In this document: piece by piece, positions 23,267-30,626 of the stretch
Position numbering within the stretch: the first letter of the stretch is position 1
Layout of the letters: every line of letters starts with the position of its first letter
NCBI GenBank assembly: GCA_022843945.1
Contig: JALHMR010000002.1
Coordinates: forward strand, 72,073 to 136,072
Length of the DNA: 64,000 nt
From: Rhodospirillaceae bacterium
GTDB lineage: Bacteria > Pseudomonadota > Alphaproteobacteria > CACIAM-22H2
Reading direction: 5' to 3'
Position numbers and translations under genes: made by a program
The notes under the pieces: model-generated
What the model saw: only the letters and a program-made list of their open reading frames with translations
Database searches by the model: none
What the model was told of the DNA's origin: nothing

Positions 23267-23350
23267 TCCTTGTCAACTGTCGGTATTAACAACAACGATG
23301 GCAAGTATCATCTTTACCGGCATCAAGACCTCATCAGGGAGATCGCCCCC

Positions 23351-23977
23351 ATGCCCACCCCCAGCATTCGTGTCCACGGCTTCCCGCTTTCCGGCCACGC
23401 GCATCGCGTCGAGCTCATGCTCTCGCTGCTCGGCCTGGATTTCGAGCGGATCGAGGTCGATCTGTTCAATGGCGCCCACAAGCAGCCGGCCTTTCTCGCC
23501 AAGAATCCTTTCGGCCAGATCCCGGTGATCGAGGACGGCGCGGTGACGCTGGCTGACAGCAACGCCATCCTCGTCTACCTGGCGAGCCGCTACGACCAGG
23601 AGCGAAACTGGCTGCCGCAGGACCCGGTCGCCGCCGCGCAGGTCCAGCGCTGGCTGTCCGTCGCCGCCGGCGAGCTGGCCTATGGCCCGGCGATGGCGCG
23701 GCTGGTGGCCCTGTTCGGCGTGCCGTTCGATGCGGCGCGAGCCAAGACCACCGCGAGCGCCCTCTATACGGTGCTCGATGCCCATCTCAAGGGACAGCCC
23801 TTCCTGGTCGGCGGGGCGCCGACCATTGCCGACGTGGCGCTCTACTCCTACACGGCGCACGCCCCCGAAGGCGGCGTGTCGCTCGACCCCTATCCCAGCG
23901 TGCGCGCCTGGCTGGCCCGCATCGAAGCCTTGCCCGGCTTCGTGGCGATGCCGCGCAGCGCAGCGAAGGCGGCCTAA
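23351..23977 (+). CDS. Glutathione S-transferase family protein
   Basis: SGHAHRV, NPFGQIPV, DSNAILVYLA, TIADVALY. Confidence 0.93.
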   Translation: MPTPSIRVHGFPLSGHAHRVELMLSLLGLDFERIEVDLFNGAHKQPAFLAKNPFGQIPVIEDGAVTLADSNAILVYLASRYDQERNWLPQDPVAAAQVQRWLSVAAGELAYGPAMARLVALFGVPFDAARAKTTASALYTVLDAHLKGQPFLVGGAPTIADVALYSYTAHAPEGGVSLDPYPSVRAWLARIEALPGFVAMPRSAAKAA

Positions 23978-23992
23978 ACAATGCACGCGATA

Positions 23993-24092
23993 CCCCCCTC
24001 CCTAACCCTCCCCCACAAGGGGGGAGGGGATTCAAGAGCGCGCCTCCCTTCTTACTCCCTCCCCCTTGATGGGGGAGGGTGGGGTGGGGGTG
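23993..24092. repeat. Alphaproteobacterial intergenic palindromic repeat (CCCTCCCCC/GGGGGAGGG type, CIR-like)
   Basis: Two CCCTCCCCC-loop-GGGGGAGGG hairpins with complementary outer arms and a GATTC (GANTC) site; relatives at 39912, 44538, 32142. Confidence 0.85.
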
Positions 24093-24114
24093 ATCCCGAC
24101 GCTTGGTCTATTCC

Positions 24115-25107
24115 ATGACTCTCATGCCGCTGCCGGGCTGGCCCTACGAAGAGTCGCCCTATCATGCGGGCGAGATCGCCCTGCAGGAGCGGGCCGGCGT
24201 GCGCGTCCGGGCCGAGCGGATGGGCCGGGGCGGGATCCGCAACTTCATGCCCGACCAGCACCGCGAGCTGTTCACCAAGCTGCCCTGCCTGCTGGTCGGC
24301 AGCGTGGATGCGGACGGGCAGCCGCAGGCCTCGATGCTCGTCGGGTCACCGGGGTTCATCCGTTCGCCCGATCCCTGGACGCTGGCGATCGGGGCGGTAC
24401 CTGCCGCCGATGATCCGCTGGCGGCCAACCTTGCCGCCGGGGCCGCCGTGGGGTTGCTCGGCATCGAGCTCGACACCCGCCGGCGCAACCGCATGAACGG
24501 CGTGGTGACGGCGCGCGACGGGCAAGGCTTCGTCGTCCACGTCGGCCAGAGCTTCGGCAACTGCCCGCAATACATCCAGGCGCGGGCGCCGTTCTTCGTC
24601 CTCGACGGCGAGGCAGCGAAGCCGCCATCGCCGCGTCCGGAAGGCCCGCTTCTGTCCGCGACCGCGGTGTCTCTCCTGCGCCAGGCGGATACCTTCTTCA
24701 TCGCCACGGCGACGCCGCTCGAGAGGCGCAAGGGTGCCGCCCACGGTGCGGACGTCTCGCACCGGGGCGGCAAGCCCGGCTTCATCCGCGTGACCCGGGA
24801 GGATGGCGCGAGCGTCCTCACGGTCCCCGATTTTCGCGGCAACAATGCCTTCAACACGCTGGGCAACATCGCGCTGGAGCCGCGCAGCGGACTCCTGGTC
24901 GTCGACTTTTCGACCGGCGATCTGCTGTCGTTGACCGGCGAGGGATCGATCGTCTGGGACGGACCGGAGCTCGCGTCCTTTGCCGGCGCGCAGCGGCTGC
25001 TGAAGCTGCGCGTCACAGGCGGACTCCTGCGGGCGAATGCCGTGCCCCTGCGCTGGTCGCAGCCCCAGCCGGCGCCGCAGCTCGCGGCCACGGGATCGTG
25101 GGAGTGA
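24115..25107 (+). CDS. Pyridoxamine 5'-phosphate oxidase-family FMN-binding protein
   Basis: SPYHAGE, TRRRNRMNG, SFGNCPQYIQ, ADVSHRGGKPGF, PDFRGNNAFNTLGN. Confidence 0.88.
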   Translation: MTLMPLPGWPYEESPYHAGEIALQERAGVRVRAERMGRGGIRNFMPDQHRELFTKLPCLLVGSVDADGQPQASMLVGSPGFIRSPDPWTLAIGAVPAADDPLAANLAAGAAVGLLGIELDTRRRNRMNGVVTARDGQGFVVHVGQSFGNCPQYIQARAPFFVLDGEAAKPPSPRPEGPLLSATAVSLLRQADTFFIATATPLERRKGAAHGADVSHRGGKPGFIRVTREDGASVLTVPDFRGNNAFNTLGNIALEPRSGLLVVDFSTGDLLSLTGEGSIVWDGPELASFAGAQRLLKLRVTGGLLRANAVPLRWSQPQPAPQLAATGSWE

Positions 25108-25178
25108 GGCCCGTCACTGGATTTCGCCCGGGGCGCGTGCTTAGCTGACGCCTCATCATTCGTGGGGGCGCATCGGCG

Positions 25179-26045
25179 ATGGAGTATTTCCTGCTTGGCC
25201 TGGTCGGCCTGCTGATCCTGATTGCGCTGTCCGGCGTCAAGATCGTTCCCCAGTCCCATGAATACGTGGTCGAGCAGTTCGGCAAATACACGGTGACCCT
25301 GCGGGCGGGCCTGAACTTCATCGTGCCGATCCTCAACCGGGTGGCTTCCAAGGTCAGCATCCTCGAGCGCCAGCTCGAGCCCCAGGAAATCAGCGTCATC
25401 ACCAAGGACAACGTCGAGATCCACCTGACCACAGCGGTCTTCTTCCGGGTGGTGGATGCGGCAAAGTCGGTCTATCGGATCAACGACATCGACCTGGCGG
25501 TGAAGACCACGGTGACCAGCATCGTGCGCTCGACCGGCGGCCAGATGGAGTTCGACGAGGTCCAGGCCAAGCGCGACTTCATCAACGAGAAGATCAAGGA
25601 CTCGCTGTCGGAGGCCTGCGCGGTGTGGGGCATCGAGATCACCCGCACCGAGGTGCTCGACGTCTCGGTCGACGCCGCGACGCGCACGGCGATGCAGCAG
25701 CAGCTCAATGCCGAGCGCGAGCGCCGGGCCGCGGTGACCAAGGCCGAAGGCGACCGCCAGGCACAGCAGCTCCATGCCGACGCCGAGCTCTACACCGCGC
25801 AGAAGAAGGCCGAGGCGCGGCGCGTGCTGGCCGATGCCGAGGCCTACGCCACGACCCAGGTCGGCGCGGCCATCCAGTCCAACGGCCAGGCGGCCATCGA
25901 CTTCGAGATCATGAAGCAGCAGATCGCCAGCGTTTCCGAGATCGCGCGCTCGCAGAACTCGAAGCTGATCGTCATCCCGACCGATATCACCAAGACGCTG
26001 GGCAGCCTCGCCGCCCTGCTCGAAGGCCTGCGGGCAACGAAATGA
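25179..26045 (+). CDS. SPFH/band-7 (QmcA-like) protein
   Basis: N-terminal TM, VVEQFGKY, VITKDNV, WGIEITR, AERERRA coiled coil. Confidence 0.92.
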   Translation: MEYFLLGLVGLLILIALSGVKIVPQSHEYVVEQFGKYTVTLRAGLNFIVPILNRVASKVSILERQLEPQEISVITKDNVEIHLTTAVFFRVVDAAKSVYRINDIDLAVKTTVTSIVRSTGGQMEFDEVQAKRDFINEKIKDSLSEACAVWGIEITRTEVLDVSVDAATRTAMQQQLNAERERRAAVTKAEGDRQAQQLHADAELYTAQKKAEARRVLADAEAYATTQVGAAIQSNGQAAIDFEIMKQQIASVSEIARSQNSKLIVIPTDITKTLGSLAALLEGLRATK

Positions 26046-26323
26046 CCGCCGCCCTCGACCTGGTGGCGGAGTATCCGGTCCTCTTCTGGGCGGCGCTCGG
26101 CGTGCTGCTGCTGGTGGCCGAGGTGCTGCTGGCTCCCGGCTTCTTCCTGTCCTTCGCCACGGCGGCCTTCCTGGTGGCGCTGGCCACGGCGCTCGGCCTG
26201 CTGCCGGTCGACTTCCTGTGGAAGGCCTTGATCTTCGCGGTGATCGGCGTGGCCACCATCCCGCTCTTCCGCAGCCTGCTGCGCCGGTATTTCGACCGCA
26301 CGCCGGATATCAATCAATACTAG
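26042..26323 (+). CDS. Short NfeD-family membrane protein
   Basis: FWAALGVLLLVAEVLLAPGFFL; overlaps the SPFH stop; usual SPFH partner, here lacking the C-terminal OB domain. Confidence 0.8.
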   Translation: MTAALDLVAEYPVLFWAALGVLLLVAEVLLAPGFFLSFATAAFLVALATALGLLPVDFLWKALIFAVIGVATIPLFRSLLRRYFDRTPDINQY

Positions 26324-26379
26324 GCCCTGCGACGTTCTCTCAATGCACGACGAGAGAGTGAGATTAATTGTGAGACGGA

Positions 26380-27228
26380 ATGACGCTGATTGTCGCTCGA
26401 AAGACTAATGACGCGACATACATTGTCGGAGACACACTTTTTACCGGTGGAAAGGAAAACCTCCGCAAGCCCGACGTTGGTCTAAAAGTTTTTGCGATTG
26501 ATGCTGAAACGATGCTTTCTTACGCCGGTGTAGCACCAGAGACGGCACATTAAATATTCGTCTCGGTTGTCAGCGAGCTAAAACAAGGCTCTGACGTCCT
26601 TACTTTGTTGGATGCCGCTCAACGCAAGCTCGGTGCGCCTGCACTTGATCTTCTAGTCGTTCGTAGAGGCCAGATCACCGTCTTTAAGAATGGTCAGGTC
26701 TCGAAAGATCTGGCCGTCGGGTGGATTGGTGACCACGCGGCGTTCGAGGCATTTCAGGAGGCGATGGAAGGACAAACTGCCGGAGCCTTCTCATTTCATG
26801 CAGCAATGAGCGCAGTTGTTCGGAATCACAAGGTGGCTACAGTTGGAGGGCATGCTGTAACAGCCCGCTCTGGGTCATCCGGGGCCAGCTATGAATGTCT
26901 GATGGCGCTAACTTCTCCTCGCTATGTTCCTAAGCCGGAAGACTGGGAAACGGTTGATTGGGCTGATGCTGCGCGCGGAGGGTATGGCTTTACAACAATC
27001 ACGCCCCCTGAAAAGGGGATTTGCGGCTGGGGAATTTTCTATTTTCAAGCATTTAGGGGCATCTATTTTTCGGTGAATTTAAGAGAGAATAAATTCGAAC
27101 GGCTGACGGCAAGCGCAAGAACTGCCGAACAGTTTTGCGGTGTTTTAGAGCCGGCGTTAGGCTATCGGCCTCTGCACTGCGGGGATCTTTTTGCCGCAAC
27201 GGGCCCCGCAACTACCCCGCTTTCCTGA
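26380..27228 (+). pseudogene. Proteasome-beta/Ntn-hydrolase-like gene with an internal stop
   Basis: From ATG 26380: MTLIVARK...YIVGDT...LKVF...SYAG; TAA at 26551-26553; the same frame continues into ORF 26605..27228. Visibly lower GC than the flanks. Confidence 0.7.
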
Positions 27229-27892
27229 ACGTCAGGTTGAAGCGGCAGCGGCCGGTCAGCGGATCGCTGCCCTCGGCCAGCTTGTCGACGCCGTGGAAGG
27301 TGAGCCGCGCCGGGCCGCCCCAGACTGCCACGTCGCCGCTGGCCAAGGGGATGCGCTTCACCTTGTCCTTGCGCGTGGCCCCGCCCCACAGGAATTTCGC
27401 CGGCAGGCCGAGCGAGACCGAGACGATGGGCTGCGTAAAGTCGCGCTCGTTGCGGTCCTGGTGGAGCGTGAGGCGCGCGCCCGGTGTGTAGCGGTTGATC
27501 AGGCAGCCATCGGGCGCGAAACCGGGAAAGCCGGCCGCTTCGGCGGCGCGTGCGGCGAGGGTGCGGAAGGACTCAGGCATCGCCGGCCAGGGCCTGCCGA
27601 TTTCGGGATCGAGAGGGTCGTAGCGATAGCCGCTGCGGTCGGTGACCCAGCCAAGCGCGCCGGCATTGGTCATGGCCACGGACATGGTGTGCCCGCCGGG
27701 CACGATCATGTGGCGGAAGGGCGAGCCGGCGGCGACACCCTGCAGATCGATCACCAGCCGCGGCGTCTCGCTCGCGGCGAAGCCGCGCAGCAGCACGGCA
27801 CCGTCGGCCAGGGTTTCGCGGTCTGGTCTTTCAAACAATTCGTCATGCCGGCGAAAGCCGGCATCCAGGGGCGTGTGCGTGGTGCTTGCCAT
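27212..27892 (-). CDS. alkB: DNA oxidative demethylase AlkB (start ATG 27892 or TTG 27838)
   Basis: MSVAMTN.G.LGWVTD..GYRY, CLINRY.PGARLTLHQD, SVSLGLPA, FHGV, RFNLTFR. Confidence 0.93.
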   Translation of the reverse strand: MASTTHTPLDAGFRRHDELFERPDRETLADGAVLLRGFAASETPRLVIDLQGVAAGSPFRHMIVPGGHTMSVAMTNAGALGWVTDRSGYRYDPLDPEIGRPWPAMPESFRTLAARAAEAAGFPGFAPDGCLINRYTPGARLTLHQDRNERDFTQPIVSVSLGLPAKFLWGGATRKDKVKRIPLASGDVAVWGGPARLTFHGVDKLAEGSDPLTGRCRFNLTFRKAG

Positions 27893-27930
27893 GCCTCAAG
27901 ATGGATTGCCGGGTCGAGCCCGGCAATGAC
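27842..27930. repeat. REP/RIME-like doublet (GTCAT...ATCCA / TGGAT...ATGAC)
   Basis: GTCATGCCGGCGAAAGCCGGCATCCA plus inverted TGGATTGCCGGGTCGAGCCCGGCAATGAC; same family at 37641-37940. Confidence 0.85.
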
Positions 27931-27948
27931 GAAGGTAGGCAAGGCGGA

Positions 27949-27975
27949 ACCGCCGCCGGCGGCGCCGGCGGCGGT
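27949..27975 (-). terminator. Terminator-like hairpin after secreted paralog 1
   Basis: ACCGCCGCCGG-CGGCG-CCGGCGGCGGT, 21 nt after the stop. Confidence 0.65.
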
Positions 27976-27996
27976 CCCTAGGGACAGGCCGTAGGG

Positions 27997-28341
27997 TCAG
28001 TTGACCTTACGAGTGTCGCCCTTGTTCGTATCGGTCTTGGCGCCGTCCTTCTTCACGCCGTCGGCTTTCACCGCCGGCGCCGTGCCGGTGGTGGTGCCCG
28101 GCGTGCCGGCGGCGGCCGGCGCCTTCGGGGGGACCTGCGCCTGCTGCTTGCTGTGGTCGATGGTCTGCGAAGATTTGCCCTTCGCCTTATCGGCCTTGTC
28201 CTTCTCGGTCTTGGCGGCGTCGGCCGGCGCGGCCTTGGCGGCCGGAGCCGGGGTGGCGGGAGTCGCCGGGATGGCCGTCTGCGCCATCGCCGGGGCGGCG
28301 AGCAGCAGGGCCAGGGCGGCGGCAGTCAAAGTCGTACGCAT
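27997..28341 (-). CDS. Small secreted Ala/Lys/Pro-rich protein (paralog 1)
   Basis: Sec signal MRTTLTAAALALLLAAPAMA-Q, EKDKADKAK tract, C-terminus NKGDTRKVN; GAGGA RBS. Confidence 0.8.
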   Translation of the reverse strand: MRTTLTAAALALLLAAPAMAQTAIPATPATPAPAAKAAPADAAKTEKDKADKAKGKSSQTIDHSKQQAQVPPKAPAAAGTPGTTTGTAPAVKADGVKKDGAKTDTNKGDTRKVN

Positions 28342-28505
28342 GGGGTATGTCCTCATCGGTTGGGGAAGCCTTCAGGGGTTGTCCCTGCCATCCCACAACG
28401 CCACCCCGGACCCGCCTATTCGCGGAGAATTTTGCAGCCAAGGCTGGAATAAGCCCGGCGGGCAAAACGTGCGCGTGCCCCCGCGGACCAGCCGCCGAAA
28501 CGAAA

Positions 28506-28530
28506 CCGCCGCCGGGGTCACCGGCGGCGG
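28506..28530 (-). terminator. Intrinsic terminator after paralog 2
   Basis: CCGCCGCCGG-N5-CCGGCGGCGG followed by TTTCGTTTC on the minus strand. Confidence 0.75.
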
Positions 28531-28551
28531 CTCAAGCGTCGGTGGCGACGT

Positions 28552-28884
28552 TCAGTTCGTCTTGCGGGTGTTGTTCTGGTCCCGGACGTCGTTCGCGCGG
28601 TCCGGGCCGCGCGTTGCGCCCCCCTTGTTCGCGCGTTCGTTCGCCTTGTCGCCGGGGACGGTGGCCTGCTGCTTGGCCTTGTCGGCCTTCGCTTTATCGG
28701 CCTTCTGCTTGTTGGCCTTGTCCTTCTCGGCCTGGCTGACGGTCGCCGGGGCTTTGCCGGCGGCCGGCGGCGCGCTGCCCACCGGGGCCGGCGTGACGGG
28801 CGTCGGGCCCGGATTGGCCTGCTGGGCCATGGCCGGAGTGATAAGGGCGAACGCCAGGGTGGCGGCAACGAGAGTTTTACGCAT
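28552..28884 (-). CDS. Small secreted Ala/Lys/Pro-rich protein (paralog 2)
   Basis: Signal MRKTLVAATLAFALITPAMA-QQ, KADKAKADKAK, NERANKGGATRGPDRA...RKTN; GAGGAG RBS. Confidence 0.85.
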   Translation of the reverse strand: MRKTLVAATLAFALITPAMAQQANPGPTPVTPAPVGSAPPAAGKAPATVSQAEKDKANKQKADKAKADKAKQQATVPGDKANERANKGGATRGPDRANDVRDQNNTRKTN

Positions 28885-29062
28885 GGGAGCTCCTCGGGGA
28901 TCGTGGGGGAGATGAAGACGGATCGAGTTCGACTGGCTCGTGTCGCCCCCTATAACGCAGCCCGCCCGCTGGCTGCTCCGGGAACATTGGAGACTGCCGG
29001 CGCAAATAAGGAAAAGGGCGGGGAACTATTGCGCGCCGCAGCGGCGCCTCGCTGCTGGCCAG

Positions 29063-29803
29063 CTACCGCGCGTCGTGGAAGATGACGCCCAGGGTGAAGC
29101 GCCGGCCGGTGCGCACCACGCTCACGCCATGCCGCATGGCCACCCGGTAGGTGCCGTGCGTGCCCGCCACCGGCCGCTCGTTGACCGCGAAGATCACGGC
29201 TTCGCCGCGCGCCAGCCTCACCACCGCGGCGCGCGATTGCATCCGCGGCCGCTGTTCGGTGAGCACGAATTCGCCGCCGGTGAAATCCGCTTCGGGCTCG
29301 CTCAGCAGGACAGTGGCCTGCAGCGGAAAGACCAGGTCGCCGTAGAGATCGCGATGCAGGCAGTTGTAGTCGCCGGCCTCGTATTTCAGCAGCAGCGGGG
29401 TGGGGCGTTTCTGCCCGGCGGCATGGCAGGCCGCCAGGTAGCGCTTGAGATCGTCTGGAAACTTTGCGTCGCGTTTCAGCGCCCGGTTCCAGGCCTTGGC
29501 GATCGGTGCCAGCCTTGGATAGAGCGCCGCCCGGAGGTCCTGAACCACCTCGGGCAGCGGATAGGCGAAATACTGGTACTCGCCGCGCCCGAAACCGTGG
29601 CGCGCCATGACCACCTTGCTGCGGAAGGCGGTCGCGTCGTCGTAGGCAGCGATCAGTGCCGCGCATTCTTCCGGGCTCAGCAGCGGTCCGGTCGTGGCGT
29701 AGCCGTCGCTGTCAAGCGCGGCCGCGAGCTGCGGCCAGTCCAGCGCCGCGAGGCGATCGTCGATCGTCGCGCGGGCGGGCTTGCGAAATTGTGTCACGGT
29801 CAT
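29063..29803 (-). CDS. 2OG-Fe(II) oxygenase (DUF2086-type)
   Basis: MARHGFGRGEYQYF, PTPLLL.Y..GDYNCLH.DLYG, EQRPRMQSR, RHGVS, GVIFHDA. Confidence 0.9.
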   Translation of the reverse strand: MTVTQFRKPARATIDDRLAALDWPQLAAALDSDGYATTGPLLSPEECAALIAAYDDATAFRSKVVMARHGFGRGEYQYFAYPLPEVVQDLRAALYPRLAPIAKAWNRALKRDAKFPDDLKRYLAACHAAGQKRPTPLLLKYEAGDYNCLHRDLYGDLVFPLQATVLLSEPEADFTGGEFVLTEQRPRMQSRAAVVRLARGEAVIFAVNERPVAGTHGTYRVAMRHGVSVVRTGRRFTLGVIFHDAR

Positions 29804-29855
29804 GGGCACAATCTGGGACAACCGGACCGCCGCCGCCACCCGCTTCTTGCGCCCC

Positions 29856-29890
29856 AAAACAAAACCGCCGCCGGACATGTCCGGCGGCGG
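29856..29890 (-). terminator. Intrinsic terminator after paralog 3
   Basis: CCGCCGCCGG-ACATGT-CCGGCGGCGG followed by TTTTGTTTT on the minus strand. Confidence 0.8.
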
Positions 29891-29919
29891 CGTGTTTGCG
29901 ACGCGCTATCGTGCCAGCG

Positions 29920-30186
29920 TCAGTTGGTCTTGCGCTGGTTGTTCATCTCCTTGACCTGGCCGGCGCGATCTTCGCCGCGCGTGGCGCCGCCCTTGTTGGC
30001 GCGCTCGTTGTCCTTGGCGGCCTTCGCGTTCTTGGCCTTTTCGGCCTTGGCCTTGTCAGCCTTCGCCTTGTCGGCCTGGGCCTTCTGCGCATTGCCGGTG
30101 GCCGGCGCGGGCGTGGGGGTCTGCTGGGCCAGGGCCGGCGTGGCCAGGATCAGCGCAAAGGCAGCGAGGACAGGGATCAGACGCAT
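29920..30186 (-). CDS. Small secreted Ala/Lys-rich protein (paralog 3)
   Basis: Signal MRLIPVLAAFALILATPALA-QQ, KAQADKAKADKAKAEKAK, NERANKGGATRGEDRA...RKTN; GGAGA RBS. Confidence 0.85.
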   Translation of the reverse strand: MRLIPVLAAFALILATPALAQQTPTPAPATGNAQKAQADKAKADKAKAEKAKNAKAAKDNERANKGGATRGEDRAGQVKEMNNQRKTN

Positions 30187-30331
30187 CGGATTCTCCCAAA
30201 AGTGACAGCCGCCCTCGAATCTGGGTGTCGGGCCGGTGCGGATCAAGCCCGGAGTACCGCGCCCCATCCTTGCCTTCCCGCCGCCGGAGGCGCACGCTGG
30301 GCGCCTTCCGTTCAGCCTCAGGAGTTCTCCG

Positions 30332-30559
30332 ATGGCGATGGATATGACCCAGCTCGAAGCCGCGCTTTCGCTCCTGCTCACCGAAATGGACGGCGAGATC
30401 GAGGACCGCCACGCGGTCTATCAGCGGCTTGAGCACATCCTCGGCCAGATGCGGGCCACCGGGCAACCGTTGCCCGACGATCTCGTGCGCATGGAGCGTC
30501 AGCTGGCGGCCGGGTTTGCCGCGGACGCGGCGGCTTCGCCGCGCCTGACCGAGCTCTAG
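30332..30559 (+). CDS. Small helical hypothetical protein
   Basis: AGGAG RBS 7 nt before ATG; LSLLLTEM...EDRH...MRATGQPLPDDL. Confidence 0.75.
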   Translation: MAMDMTQLEAALSLLLTEMDGEIEDRHAVYQRLEHILGQMRATGQPLPDDLVRMERQLAAGFAADAAASPRLTEL

Positions 30560-30626
30560 GCGTCAGGCTCTCGCGGCTCTTTACGGCTGCGGCTTCCTGG
30601 GCGAGGCTGGCGGCTGGAGGGCCTTC

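Noticed and set aside
27949-29890. CRISPR-like array from the recurring CCGCCGCCGG palindromes
   Set aside because: Copies are hundreds of bp apart, each follows a stop codon, two have U-tracts, and there are no cas genes; they are terminators.
27997-30186. RiPP precursor cluster
   Set aside because: The peptides have ordinary Sec signals rather than leader/core structure; no dedicated protease or exporter; the neighbouring oxygenases are AlkB/DUF2086 types usually tied to alkylation repair.
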